DNA of 64,000 nt from Chloroflexia bacterium (GTDB lineage: Bacteria > Chloroflexota > Chloroflexia > QHBQ01 > JADMIH01): assembly GCA_034437815.1 (NCBI GenBank), contig DAOTTC010000057.1:24225-88224 (forward strand). Reading direction: 5' to 3'. Numbering within the stretch: the first letter of the stretch is position 1; the number at the start of each line of letters is the position of its first letter. The notes below the pieces were generated by a model that was not told the origin of the DNA, did no database searches, and worked only from the letters and a program-made list of their open reading frames with translations. This document shows, one piece after another, positions 18,231 to 27,682 of this stretch. The position numbers were made by a program, and so were the translations under genes.

Positions 18231-18854
18231 TTACGCCTTACGTCTGACGCTCTCAATAGCCGATGTGATGAGTGCCATGATGTGCTGTCGGGCGGTGGGG
18301 TTTTGAACGAAATCGAATTCATCCGTGGCTACCGTGAGGAGTGGAGAATCCGCATAGGTGGCAAAGAAATCTTCATACACCTTAGAGAGTCGCTCTATAT
18401 AGGCGCGGCGCATCTCGCGCTCGAACCACCGGTCGCGCTGGTAGATACGATTCATGAGAGTGTCCACCGAAGCACGCAGGTACACCGTCAACTGCGGCTT
18501 GGGAACGCGTTCTGAGAGCGCATCGTATATCTGTTCGAACAGGGTCCACTCGTCGCCGGCAAGGTTCATGCCGGCAAACAGCTTGGTCTTGGCGAACATA
18601 TAGTCGCACACCAGATCGCCCTTCTCGACTGCGGGTAGCACCTCATCGCGCTGTTGCCTGTATCTGTTCAGGAGGAAGAACACCTCGGTCTGGAAGGCAT
18701 AGCGCTCCGGGTCGGCGTAGAACTTGCTGAGAAAGGGGTTCTCCTCGAATTGCTCGAAAAGCGCCGGTATGCCGAGCTGCTCGCTCATCAGCCGGGTGAG
18801 GGCGGTCTTGCCCACACCGATTGGGCCTTCGATGACAAGATATACGTGGGGCAT
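18231..18854 (-). CDS. Deoxynucleoside kinase (dAK/dGK/dCK family)
   Basis: P-loop VIEGPIGVGKTALT is present. The LFEQFEENPFLSKFYADPERYAFQTEVFFLLNR block is typical of dNK-family enzymes. Start placed at ATG 18854 (MPHVYLVIEG). Confidence 0.8.
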   Translation of the reverse strand: MPHVYLVIEGPIGVGKTALTRLMSEQLGIPALFEQFEENPFLSKFYADPERYAFQTEVFFLLNRYRQQRDEVLPAVEKGDLVCDYMFAKTKLFAGMNLAGDEWTLFEQIYDALSERVPKPQLTVYLRASVDTLMNRIYQRDRWFEREMRRAYIERLSKVYEDFFATYADSPLLTVATDEFDFVQNPTARQHIMALITSAIESVRRKA

Positions 18855-18858
18855 GGCC

Positions 18859-20313
18859 TTAAGGTGCCTCCGCTCCATCGGGGTGTATGCGCAACAACGT
18901 GACCTCTTCGCGCGTGAGTTGAAGGGCGTCCAGCATAGTGAGAAGCTTGTTGTTTATCATGATACGGTCGCGGCGTGTGGCGATCCTGCGGTCGCAGTCT
19001 TCAACAATAGCGTGCATATGCTCTCGCAGTATGTGGATTTGCGAGCGGTCGGTGGCATCTTCGGCTATTTCGGCCAGCACGTCGAGCAACTTGAGCACCA
19101 CGCTGGCATCACCGCTGCCATATCGCCGCACCTGATCGAAAGCCTGAGACATCATGCTTTCGAAGCTCGGCACTTCGGCGACAATGCGCACCTTACCCGT
19201 GGCGTCACAATGCAACTGTGTGGGCGATTGGCGTTGTACGACCTGCCTCAACACGCCGCCCACTTGATTGAGGCTCATAATAGCCGTGTTGGGGTCGTTG
19301 ATGGCCGGTGAAAGGGCCTTGATGGCAATATCCGACAGGAGCAACACCCCATATTGGGGGTCTTGAAACAGGGTGCGATGCGGGCCGAGCACGAAGCTGT
19401 ATCGGATCTGCTCACACACTTCGTCGGTAGCCCGTTGCATGGGACTGACTGCCGCGATGGTTTCTCCCTTTATTGCGAAATTGCCGGGGCTTTTGGTGAG
19501 CACGACGAGCAGATCGTGCTTGGAAGCCACCTTCATGAGCAGGTCATAATCTACCATCTGGATGTAGCCGGTGGCAACGGCGTGCACCTCTCTCATGGTG
19601 GCGGGGTCTACGGCGAGCATGTTGTCGTAGACGTGCGGAGCTATGCCTGCGGGGGGCCGGACAGAAGGCGGTTGCCGGTCGGGTGAGGAGGAGCCGGGGG
19701 TTGCGCTTGCACCCGCCTCATACGAAGGGCGCTCGGGTTTTGGGCGTGGCGGGAACAGCATTTCGACTGCATGGTTGGTCGCCGCGCCCACGCGCTGAAT
19801 TATGTGGTAGGCCTGAATGGATTCGGCGATATGGTGGATGAATAGGATGAACAGGCCCAGATCGGCAAGGGCCAGCAACAGCGCCATGCTCACCGACAGC
19901 ACGGGCACGAAGGATGTGTCCTCCAACCGCACCGTTCGCAACACCAGCAGGCAATATACGAAGCTACCGAGCAACACCCCTAACACCACCTGATTGGTGT
20001 TGTCATCCATGAAGTTGTGCAACACACGTGAAGCATACTGGCTGGAGGCGAACGAGAATACCACTATGGTGAACGAAAAGGCCACACCCGCAACTGCCAG
20101 CACCGAACCCGCTATGGTGGACAGCATATCGCGCGCCCCCTCAGGCCCGGCTTCAAGCACCACAGGCAAAGAGGCCACGTGCTGATAGCTTATGTGCCTG
20201 TCGAGCCATATCATCAGCAGGGCTAGCCCTACAGATAGCAGTACCAGCACCGACGGCACGAACCACAGGCTGCCCTGTATGCGCTCCCATGCCCTACCAA
20301 GCCTCAGGAACAT
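18859..20313 (-). CDS. DUF2254-family membrane protein
   Basis: The N-terminus MFLRLGRAWERIQGSLWFVPSVLVLLSVGLALLMIWLD, four TM helices and a large soluble C-terminal domain match the DUF2254 layout. ATG 20313 has SD AGGAGA 8 nt upstream. The stop lies 4 nt before the dNK start, suggesting an operon. Confidence 0.65.
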   Translation of the reverse strand: MFLRLGRAWERIQGSLWFVPSVLVLLSVGLALLMIWLDRHISYQHVASLPVVLEAGPEGARDMLSTIAGSVLAVAGVAFSFTIVVFSFASSQYASRVLHNFMDDNTNQVVLGVLLGSFVYCLLVLRTVRLEDTSFVPVLSVSMALLLALADLGLFILFIHHIAESIQAYHIIQRVGAATNHAVEMLFPPRPKPERPSYEAGASATPGSSSPDRQPPSVRPPAGIAPHVYDNMLAVDPATMREVHAVATGYIQMVDYDLLMKVASKHDLLVVLTKSPGNFAIKGETIAAVSPMQRATDEVCEQIRYSFVLGPHRTLFQDPQYGVLLLSDIAIKALSPAINDPNTAIMSLNQVGGVLRQVVQRQSPTQLHCDATGKVRIVAEVPSFESMMSQAFDQVRRYGSGDASVVLKLLDVLAEIAEDATDRSQIHILREHMHAIVEDCDRRIATRRDRIMINNKLLTMLDALQLTREEVTLLRIHPDGAEAP

Positions 20314-20495
20314 ATCGAAGTTCTCCTGTTGTGCCTTTCCTGCTATAATAGCATGAATGCCTTCTGACGACAGCAAGGATTGAGATAGGTGGGATAGAGA
20401 TAAGATAGGGGTAGGGCCGCGCCCTTCCCTTATTCAGTGCCCGACACTCAATCCTCAACATTCTCTGCATCCTTGGGATTTTGGGGAAGGTGGCA

Positions 20496-22658
20496 ATGTC
20501 TGTGGCGGTGTTATCGGTTTTCAATTTATCCAAATCATACAATATACATCAGGTGTTTGAGGGCGTAACCTTCAGTGTGAACGCGGGCGAGCGCGTGGCG
20601 TTGGTGGGGCCAAACGGGGCTGGCAAGAGTACCTTGCTTCGGATTATCGCCGGACAGGAAATGCCCACGTCGGGCAGCGTCATCAAGGCCCGGGGGGCGC
20701 GTGTGGTGTACGTGCCTCAGGAGGCGGCCTCCGCCCTTGGCGATGCCACCCGGCAACCGGCACCGGCAGGCCCCGAGGCCGCACCGGCCTTCTCACCCGA
20801 CGATACGTTGTATCGGTCCATGCTGGACGCGGGCGGCCCGCTGCGAGCCATGCAAGCCCGGCTACGCGATCTGGAGAGCCGCATGGCCCATGTGGAAGAC
20901 TACCCCGACCGGTGGGAGCAATTGATGAAAGAATACGAGGAGGTCACCCACCGCTTCGAACTGGCCGGTGGTTACGAGATGGACCACCGCATCGAGCAGG
21001 TATTATCGGGCCTTGGTTTCAACAGGGACCAGTTCGACCAACCGCTCAACACCCTGAGCGGTGGACAGCGCACGCGGGCGGCGCTCGCTCGCGCCCTCAT
21101 CGCCGACCCCGACATCCTGCTGTTGGACGAGCCGACCAACCATCTGGATGTAGAGGCCATCGAGTGGTTGGAGGGCTTCCTGCTACAGTGGAAGGGCACT
21201 TTGCTGGTGATCGCCCACGACCGACGCTTCCTCAACAGGGTGACCACGCGCACTCTGGACATGGAGTTCACCCGGCCGAGGGCTTTCACATGGTATTCCA
21301 AGGGGGGCGAATTGCGCGAGGGGGGTGAGATACAGGCCTTCAGCCGCCTGCAAGACTACCCGGCCCCGTACGACAGATACCTCGAATTGAAAGCCGAACG
21401 CTACGATCGATTGCTGGAGGAGTACGAAGCCCAGCAGGAGACCATCAGCCGCACATGGGATTTCATCAGGCGCTACAAGGAAGGTCAGAAGAAGCGTCAG
21501 GCGTTTGGCCGCCTCAAAAGGCTTCGCCGACAGCACAACGAGGGGCTGTTGGAGCCGCCAGCCGAACGTGCGCAGATGCGCATGACCCTGCGGGCCCACG
21601 TGCGCTCGGGCAGGAGCGTATTCGAGGCAGAGGATCTGGTCATCGGCTATCGCGCCGCTGCCGGTGGGGATGTTGTGGTGCTCGCACGCTGCCCCGATCT
21701 GGAGATAGAGCGGGGCGAGAGAGTGGCGCTGATAGGGCCGAACGGGGCAGGCAAGACGACGCTGCTGAAGACCATAATGGGCGAGGTGCCACCTCTGGCA
21801 GGACATATTGAAGTAGGGCACAACGTGCGCATCGGTTATTACTCGCAGACCCACGAAGGCCTGAACGCCGACCACACGGTGCTCGAAGAGGTACGATCGG
21901 TGCGCAACATGACGGAGGGGGCGGCACGCGACCTGCTGGCGAAGATGCTGTTCACGGGGGACAGCGTGTTCAAGAAGGTGGCCGACCTGAGCGGCGGCGA
22001 GAGGAGCCGCGTGGCCCTCGCCAAACTCATGCTCACCGATGCCAATTTCCTGATGCTGGACGAGCCGACCAACCACCTCGACCTCGATTCGCAGGAGGTG
22101 TTGACCGGCGTGCTGTCCGCATACGACGGCACAATCCTGTTCGTGTCGCACGACCGGGCCTTCATAGACGACTTAGCCACGCAGGTGTGGTCGCTGGAGG
22201 GCGGTCGGCTCATGGTGTGGTACGGCAACTATTCAGACTATGTGGCAGAGAAGGCCCGTCTGCAACAGTTGGAACGGCAGGGCGCTCAGGTGGACGGGGC
22301 GGGGCGGCATGAGCGTGGACGTAGTGGGGCGCATATCAAAGCCGACACGCGCGAACAGAGCAAGACCGCCAGACGACAGGAGCGAGCCGCCGAGCGCCAG
22401 CGCCAGAAGTTGGAGAAGCGTCGGCAGGAGGCCGAAGCGCGGGTCTCCGAACTGGAGGCCCGCCTCAACGCCATATCCGATGCGCTTACCGCCGCAACAC
22501 AAGCCCGCGACTTGGACGAAATAGTGCGTCTGGGCACCGAATACACCCGTCTGGAAGCTGAGCTGGACAGGGCCTACGACGAATGGCAACAGGTGGAGGA
22601 GCAGATCTCCGGGCCTGCTCCTGATCACTTGATGGCCGGCCCAGATACCCAGTCGTAG
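20496..22658 (+). CDS. ABC-F family ATPase (Uup/EttA-like; two ABC cassettes, no TMD)
   Basis: Walker A GPNGAGKSTLL and GPNGAGKTTLL. Signatures LSGGQRTR and LSGGERSR. Walker B LLLDEPTNHLD and LMLDEPTNHLD. A charged coiled-coil C-terminal tail is present. ATG 20496 has GGAAGG 6 nt upstream. Confidence 0.88.
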   Translation: MSVAVLSVFNLSKSYNIHQVFEGVTFSVNAGERVALVGPNGAGKSTLLRIIAGQEMPTSGSVIKARGARVVYVPQEAASALGDATRQPAPAGPEAAPAFSPDDTLYRSMLDAGGPLRAMQARLRDLESRMAHVEDYPDRWEQLMKEYEEVTHRFELAGGYEMDHRIEQVLSGLGFNRDQFDQPLNTLSGGQRTRAALARALIADPDILLLDEPTNHLDVEAIEWLEGFLLQWKGTLLVIAHDRRFLNRVTTRTLDMEFTRPRAFTWYSKGGELREGGEIQAFSRLQDYPAPYDRYLELKAERYDRLLEEYEAQQETISRTWDFIRRYKEGQKKRQAFGRLKRLRRQHNEGLLEPPAERAQMRMTLRAHVRSGRSVFEAEDLVIGYRAAAGGDVVVLARCPDLEIERGERVALIGPNGAGKTTLLKTIMGEVPPLAGHIEVGHNVRIGYYSQTHEGLNADHTVLEEVRSVRNMTEGAARDLLAKMLFTGDSVFKKVADLSGGERSRVALAKLMLTDANFLMLDEPTNHLDLDSQEVLTGVLSAYDGTILFVSHDRAFIDDLATQVWSLEGGRLMVWYGNYSDYVAEKARLQQLERQGAQVDGAGRHERGRSGAHIKADTREQSKTARRQERAAERQRQKLEKRRQEAEARVSELEARLNAISDALTAATQARDLDEIVRLGTEYTRLEAELDRAYDEWQQVEEQISGPAPDHLMAGPDTQS

Positions 22659-23089
22659 CCTATCTGTGGGTCGTCGTGTGGGATGCGACCCTCTTCTTCG
22701 GGGTTATACACGCTCGAGGTGACGTATATCAGGTGGGCCGTACCACCGATCGCCTTGCAGCCGTGCGCCACTCCGGGGGGTATCTTGAGCACTTTGTGCC
22801 CGTGTTCGCCACCCATGAACAATTCCTGAAGCACCCCCTTCGTGGGCGAGTCGGGCCGCATATCGTATAAGGCCACCTTGAGCACACCCACCGGCACGTA
22901 CCACCAATCTACCTGAGTCTTGTGTATGTGCCATGCCTTAGCCACGCCGGGGTGCATCATGGAGTGGCTCAACTGGGCGAAGCCCTCGCCGAAGAATGGG
23001 TCGGTGACGCGGATTATCTCTCGGAAGAACCCGCGCTCGTCCGGGTGGGTTACCAGTTCTTTGATTTCCACACCTTGTATACTGGGCAT
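22625..23089 (-). CDS. dTDP-4-dehydrorhamnose 3,5-epimerase-like cupin (RmlC family)
   Basis: Blocks HPDERGFFREI, AWHIHKTQVDWWYVPVGVLKVALYDMRPDSPT and KIPPGVAHG match RmlC-like epimerases. ATG 23089 has SD AGGAG 6 nt upstream. The 3' end overlaps the convergent ABC-F gene by 34 nt. Confidence 0.75.
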   Translation of the reverse strand: MPSIQGVEIKELVTHPDERGFFREIIRVTDPFFGEGFAQLSHSMMHPGVAKAWHIHKTQVDWWYVPVGVLKVALYDMRPDSPTKGVLQELFMGGEHGHKVLKIPPGVAHGCKAIGGTAHLIYVTSSVYNPEEEGRIPHDDPQIGYDWVSGPAIK

Positions 23090-23179
23090 AGAGCTCTCCT
23101 GTTTCAATCGGTGTTTGTGCTGCACCACTGGTTCCCTCTACCCAAGTGAGAGGGCAAGAAGGACCCGCACGCCTCCGGC

Positions 23180-23575
23180 TTATGGCTCTCCCGCGCCTAA
23201 TTGGCGCAAGATAGGGGGCAGGTCTCGCATGAGGTTGGAGTTGGCGAGCACACGACCGGCGCCGGCCATCCGTGCGCGGCGGCGGGCTTGAACGTCCATG
23301 TGGGGCCCAAACGCCACAACGGGTATGCCCTGCTCGGCGGCATCGCGGATGGTGGGCTCCCAATCTCCGCGGGTGGTCAGGTCTACCACTAGCATGTCTA
23401 TGCGGGGCACGTCGCCCGCAGGCAGGGCCTCACCGGGCCTGAGGGTCACAAAGCCAAGCCCGGCGGCCCGTACCATGTTCTGCAACCGCACACCGAACAT
23501 CAGGTCGGTGCAGAGCAAGGCCACCATCCGGGGGCCTGCCGTCGCGCCTGTGCCGTGCTTTTCGTGGTGCTCCAT
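23180..23575 (-). CDS. Small receiver-like (CheY-fold-like) protein, function unknown
   Basis: Beta-alpha pattern MVALLCTDLMF ... IDMLVVDLT ... IPVVAFGPH ... RVLANS resembles a degenerate receiver domain. Start placed at ATG 23575 because the first ATG (23605) overlaps a TATAAT box. The family call is weak. Confidence 0.5.
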   Translation of the reverse strand: MEHHEKHGTGATAGPRMVALLCTDLMFGVRLQNMVRAAGLGFVTLRPGEALPAGDVPRIDMLVVDLTTRGDWEPTIRDAAEQGIPVVAFGPHMDVQARRRARMAGAGRVLANSNLMRDLPPILRQLGAGEP

Positions 23576-23603
23576 CGCTATTCGGCCCTCGATCGCGTTA
23601 TAC

Positions 23604-23631
23604 ATTATATACCTAGTGCATATTCATACAA
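23604..23631 (-). promoter_or_regulatory. Candidate sigma-70-type promoter formed at the end of IGE-1 copy C
   Basis: On the minus strand, TTGTAT (23631-23626) is followed by a 16-nt spacer and TATAAT (23609-23604). ATG 23575 lies 28 nt downstream of the -10 box. The imperfect palindrome TGCAT-ATTC-ATACA overlaps the -35 box and spacer. Confidence 0.45.
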
Positions 23632-23705
23632 GATGTCGCGGGGAAAGGGAAGGCCGCGGAGGGCACAGCCCTTCTCAAACCCCTCCTACTTGATAAACAC
23701 AGCCA
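23604..23705 (-). repeat. IGE-1, copy C
   Basis: The plus strand reads GTGCATATTCATACAAGATGTCGCGGGGAAAGGGAAGGCCGCGGAGGGCACAGCCCTTC. TGCAT is at 23617-23621, ATACA at 23626-23630, and the AGGGC-ACA-GCCCT hairpin at 23660-23672. TATAAT is at 23604-23609. Confidence 0.75.
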
Positions 23706-23922
23706 GTTATCTGTAATAATTAAGGAGGTCGGTTGGCTAGCCGTGGGCACCCCGTGGTCTATCCGGGGCATGCCCGGCAAACCTTTTTAGCAGAATCCAA
23801 GTGCATGCGTCAAGCGCATGCCCCACCGGTAAGTGGAACCTGAGTAGAGCCCAAGTAGAATCCCAAGCACAGGCATCTTGAGAGCGGGTTATGCCACTTT
23901 TTACGCCTGAGGAGTGCACGCT

Positions 23923-25638
23923 TTGAAAACTTCTGTTGGTTCGAGGGGTCACCGCAAGCCGCACAGCGCGATAGAGCGCACAGAAGAGCAGGGCAGGTAC
24001 CTGTCGGCCATCGATTCTGTGTCCGCGGCCATAGTGTCGGCGCTGTCCACGGACGAACTGCTCGATATCGCCCTTGAGCGCACAGTGCAGGTGACCGGGG
24101 CAACGGCTGGCTCTATGTATTTCCCCCGTGCCGATGGCGACTGGGAGCTGTCGGTGGGATATAACCTGCCGGAGGAAATCCGGTCCGAACGTGCTGTTCT
24201 CAGCAAGGACGGCCCCGCGCTACGGTTCATCATAGAGCAGGGTGGCGCGGCTACGTGGACCGAGCGTGTGGACGAGCCGCCTCAGTACATCTCACCTGCC
24301 AGCAAGCGGGCGGGCATCCAATCGTGGGCAGCCGCCACGCTGACGTCCGGCGAGAATGTGTTCGGCATATTGATCCTGTACAGCCGTGAATACGATGCGT
24401 TCGGCAAACTCCAACTCGAACTGCTGCGCGTGATCGGGCAGTTTCTGGGGCTGGCGCTGGCGAATACCGTGGCCCACGCCCGCGCATACCTGCACGTTGA
24501 CGCGCAATTACAGCACCGGGTGGCCGAACTGGAAGCGGTGCTCGCCAGCATGTCAGATGGCCTGATCATATGCGACCAAGAGGGCAAGATAGTGCGTGTC
24601 AATACGGCGGCAGCGCGCATACTGAGGCGCAATGCGGACAGCCTGCTGGGGCAGTCGGTGCTGTCTGATGAGTGGAACCGCGTGCTCGACGAGTCCGGCA
24701 CGGGCGCAAATGCGCACGGCAGGGGGCCATTCACCAGAGCCCTCGTGGACGGTGAGGTATCGGTCAAGTGCCCCATCGAGATGAATGTGGGTGACCAAAT
24801 GCGTGTGCTCAGCGTAAGCGCATCGCCCGTGCGCCGGGCAGACGGCAGGTCGGGGGCGGTGGCGGTGATACGCGATATCACCGAAGAGCACAGGGCCGAT
24901 CAGATGAAGGAGGAGTTCCTGAGCATCCTGTCGCACGAGTTGCGCGCCCCCCTCACGGTGATCAGCGGCTACGCACAGGTGCTGGGCCGGCGTCTCAGGC
25001 AGAAGGAGATGCCTGAGGAAGCCGCGTACTGCGACCTGATAAAGGAGCATTCGCAGAGGATGGCGAGCATGGTAGGCGATCTGGTGGATTCCGGCAGGCT
25101 AGAGTCGGGGCTGTTGCCGATAGAGAAGTTGCCAGTGAAGATCGAGGGGTTGGTGGAGAGCGTGGTCAACCGCATCACCAGAGATGTGCTCAGCGCGACC
25201 GGCAACATCACCATCTCCACCCATATCGAGCCTGACCTGCCAATGGTGATGGCGGATATGCGGCGCATAGATCAGGTGCTGACCAACCTGTTGACCAACG
25301 CCATCAAATATTCGCCGGGCGGGGGTAATATAGAGGTGGCCGTGCAGAGGGTCAGGGCAGAAGGCTCGCCGGGGAAATGGGAAGAGGAAATAAAGATATC
25401 GGTGACGGATCAGGGCATCGGCATACCACCGGAAGAGCGCAGGCGCGTTTTCGAGCGTGCGTTTCGAGGGGTGAGGGCCAAAGCCATCAGCGCGCAGGGG
25501 CTGGGGCTGGGGTTGTACATCAGCAAGCTGGCTGTAGAGGCGCATGGGGGCCGCATAAGCGTGGAAGAAGGCCCCGGCGGCGTGGGCAGCAGGTTCTGGT
25601 TCACGTTGCCCGTTAATGAGAAAGCGACCGACGCATAA
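23923..25638 (+). CDS. GAF-PAS sensor histidine kinase
   Basis: Kinase motifs: H-box SHELRAPLTVISGYAQV, N-box NLLTNAIKYSP, G1 DQGIGIP, G2 GLGLGLYISKLAV. The track start is GTG 23914. TTG 23923 has GAGGAG 9 nt upstream. The stop TAA 25636-25638 overlaps the next ATG by 1 nt. Confidence 0.85.
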   Translation: MKTSVGSRGHRKPHSAIERTEEQGRYLSAIDSVSAAIVSALSTDELLDIALERTVQVTGATAGSMYFPRADGDWELSVGYNLPEEIRSERAVLSKDGPALRFIIEQGGAATWTERVDEPPQYISPASKRAGIQSWAAATLTSGENVFGILILYSREYDAFGKLQLELLRVIGQFLGLALANTVAHARAYLHVDAQLQHRVAELEAVLASMSDGLIICDQEGKIVRVNTAAARILRRNADSLLGQSVLSDEWNRVLDESGTGANAHGRGPFTRALVDGEVSVKCPIEMNVGDQMRVLSVSASPVRRADGRSGAVAVIRDITEEHRADQMKEEFLSILSHELRAPLTVISGYAQVLGRRLRQKEMPEEAAYCDLIKEHSQRMASMVGDLVDSGRLESGLLPIEKLPVKIEGLVESVVNRITRDVLSATGNITISTHIEPDLPMVMADMRRIDQVLTNLLTNAIKYSPGGGNIEVAVQRVRAEGSPGKWEEEIKISVTDQGIGIPPEERRRVFERAFRGVRAKAISAQGLGLGLYISKLAVEAHGGRISVEEGPGGVGSRFWFTLPVNEKATDA

Positions 25639-27410
25639 TGCTGACAGAAGTACCCGACATCTTGGATGAACAGCAGGAGCGGATTCGCACCGCCGAGCGT
25701 GAGGTCTTGCAACAGCTTCAGGAAGCCCTCCAACCGCTCGAACCGGACTCGGGTGACCTGCACGCGCTACGGCAGGCCGAAGCCGACCTAGAGGAGCTTT
25801 TCCTGCTGGTGATCGTGGGCGAGTTCAACTCGGGCAAGTCCGCGCTCATCAACGCGCTGCTTGGGGCCGATGTGCTCCCCGAAGGAGTGACCCCCACGAC
25901 AGCCTCGATCAATTTACTGCGCTTCGGTGAACAGCCCGCCGAGAGGCAGGTGGCCGATTTTGTAGTCGAGCGCACCTATCCCGCTGCCTTCCTGAAAGAG
26001 ATCAGCATAGTGGACACGCCGGGCACCAACGCTATCATCAGGCGGCATGAGGAATTGACCCGCAATTTCGTGCCCCGCTCGGATCTGGTGTTGTTCGTGA
26101 CTTCAGCCGACCGGCCGTTCACCGAGTCGGAGCGGGCGTTCATGGGGACGATCCGCGAGTGGGGCAAGAAGATCGTGCTGGTGCTCAACAAAATCGACCT
26201 CCTGCAGAGCCAGCAAGATCTCGACCGCATTGTGCACTTCATTCAGGAGCACAGTCTGGCCCTGCTCGGCCAGCAACCGGAGATATTTCCGGTGTCGGCA
26301 CGGCTGGCAAAGAAGGCGCGCGCCACGTCTGCGTTCACCGAGCGCGACGCGCTGTTGCGGGCCAGCCGCCTCGACAGATTGGAGCAGTACATCTTCGCCA
26401 CGCTGGATGAAGCCGCCCGCATCCGCCTGAAGCTGTCCACCCCTCTGGGCATAGCCGAGCGCATCCTCGGCAAGTACCGCGCCGTGGCCGAAGAGCAGCT
26501 CAACGTGCTGGCCGAAGATTTCAAGACGGTAGAAAACATCGAGGCGCAGTTGGAGCTTTACTCGCAGGACATGAAGCGAGAGTTCACCGGGCGCATATCT
26601 CAGATAGAGAACATCATCTATGAGTTGAAGGAGCGGGGCGATGCCTTCCTCGAAGACACACTGCGCATTGGACGCCTGCGCGACCTGCTCAATTCAGACA
26701 AGATACAGCGCGAATTCGAACAACAGGTGATCGGAGACACCGCCCGGCGGGTGGATGAAGCCACCAACAGCCTGATTGACTGGATGGTGAGCCAAGATTT
26801 GCGCCTGTGGCAGTCGGTGAGCGAGTACTTGAACCGGCGCAGGCAAGCGGGCCTCGCCTTGCAACGCAAAGAGGATGTGATAGGTGAGATAGGGGGGCAG
26901 TTCGCGTATAACCGAGAGGCACTGTTGAGATCGGTGGTGCAGGAAGCCCGGCGGGTAATCGAAGGGTACGACCGAGACGAGCAGGCCGCCATGATAGCGC
27001 AAGATATGCGCTCTGCTGTGGGCCAGATGGTGCTGGCGGGCAGTTTTGCCACCCTTGGGGTGCTGGTAAGCCTCGCCATTTCCAGCGCGCTCATAGATAT
27101 CACGGGTATAACCGCCGCTCTGGTGTCGGGGGCCATTGGCCTGTTCATCCTGCCATACCGCAAGCGCAAGGCTCAGGAAGAGTTCAGGGAGCGCACCCTG
27201 CAACTGCGCGAAAAGCTGATCGGTGCCATGACCCACCAGTTCAACACCGAACTGGCGCGATCGGTGGAGCGCGTGCGTGATGCCATCGCCCCTTACACTC
27301 GATTTGTGCGCCTTCAGCAGGAGCGCATCAGCACCGCCGACGCCCGCCTCGCCGATATCGAGCGCGCCATCGGCAGACTCAGGGCGCAGATAGAGGCCAT
27401 TGGTCGGTGA
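25638..27410 (+). CDS. Bacterial dynamin-like protein (BDLP-type membrane-remodelling GTPase)
   Basis: GTPase motifs GEFNSGKSALINALLG (G1), VDTPGTNA (G3) and LNKIDL (G4). A long helical stalk follows. A hydrophobic paddle (MVLAGSFATLGVLVSLAISSALIDITGITAALVSGAIGLFILPY) lies near the C-terminus. Confidence 0.85.
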   Translation: MLTEVPDILDEQQERIRTAEREVLQQLQEALQPLEPDSGDLHALRQAEADLEELFLLVIVGEFNSGKSALINALLGADVLPEGVTPTTASINLLRFGEQPAERQVADFVVERTYPAAFLKEISIVDTPGTNAIIRRHEELTRNFVPRSDLVLFVTSADRPFTESERAFMGTIREWGKKIVLVLNKIDLLQSQQDLDRIVHFIQEHSLALLGQQPEIFPVSARLAKKARATSAFTERDALLRASRLDRLEQYIFATLDEAARIRLKLSTPLGIAERILGKYRAVAEEQLNVLAEDFKTVENIEAQLELYSQDMKREFTGRISQIENIIYELKERGDAFLEDTLRIGRLRDLLNSDKIQREFEQQVIGDTARRVDEATNSLIDWMVSQDLRLWQSVSEYLNRRRQAGLALQRKEDVIGEIGGQFAYNREALLRSVVQEARRVIEGYDRDEQAAMIAQDMRSAVGQMVLAGSFATLGVLVSLAISSALIDITGITAALVSGAIGLFILPYRKRKAQEEFRERTLQLREKLIGAMTHQFNTELARSVERVRDAIAPYTRFVRLQQERISTADARLADIERAIGRLRAQIEAIGR

Positions 27411-27441
27411 GACCAGACGGCTAATAGCATGCCCGGTGGCC

Positions 27442-27473
27442 CTTGGTGTGCTTGGTGTCTTGGTCTTGATGGT
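27442..27473. repeat. Degenerate tandem repeat (CTTGGTGT)n
   Basis: Read directly: CTTGGTGTG CTTGGTGT CTTGGT CTTGATGGT. It lies 32 nt after the dynamin-like stop. Confidence 0.7.
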
Positions 27474-27598
27474 TAATCCATGCGACTGCTCTGAGAACCG
27501 GAAACACCCCAGCACTCCCTGTATTTATCGCCTTTGCTCGGATAGGTGGTATAAATGGACCGGGCCGGCGATCGCCGGGGATAGCGGAGGACAGCGAA

Positions 27599-27628
27599 GG
27601 GTGGCTGAGGGCTTTCCTCAGGCCACCC
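27599..27628. terminator. Stem-loop between convergent genes (possible bidirectional terminator)
   Basis: GGGTGGCTGAGG-gctttc-CTCAGgCCACCC forms a 12-bp stem with one bulge. It is flanked by AA on one side and TTTG on the other. It lies between the dynamin-like stop (27410) and the Ig-repeat gene stop (27683). Confidence 0.45.
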
Positions 27629-27682
27629 TTTGCCCTGATCGTCAAGCAGGCGGAAGAAGCGGGAACCGCCGGTTGTCAGTTG

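Noticed and set aside
27565-27578. GCGATCGC (HIP1-like) palindromes, here within CCGGCGATCGCCGG; further copies near 30008, 44373 and 50422
   Set aside because: There are four copies in 64 kb. A rough base-composition estimate gives about two expected, so this is not a convincing enrichment.
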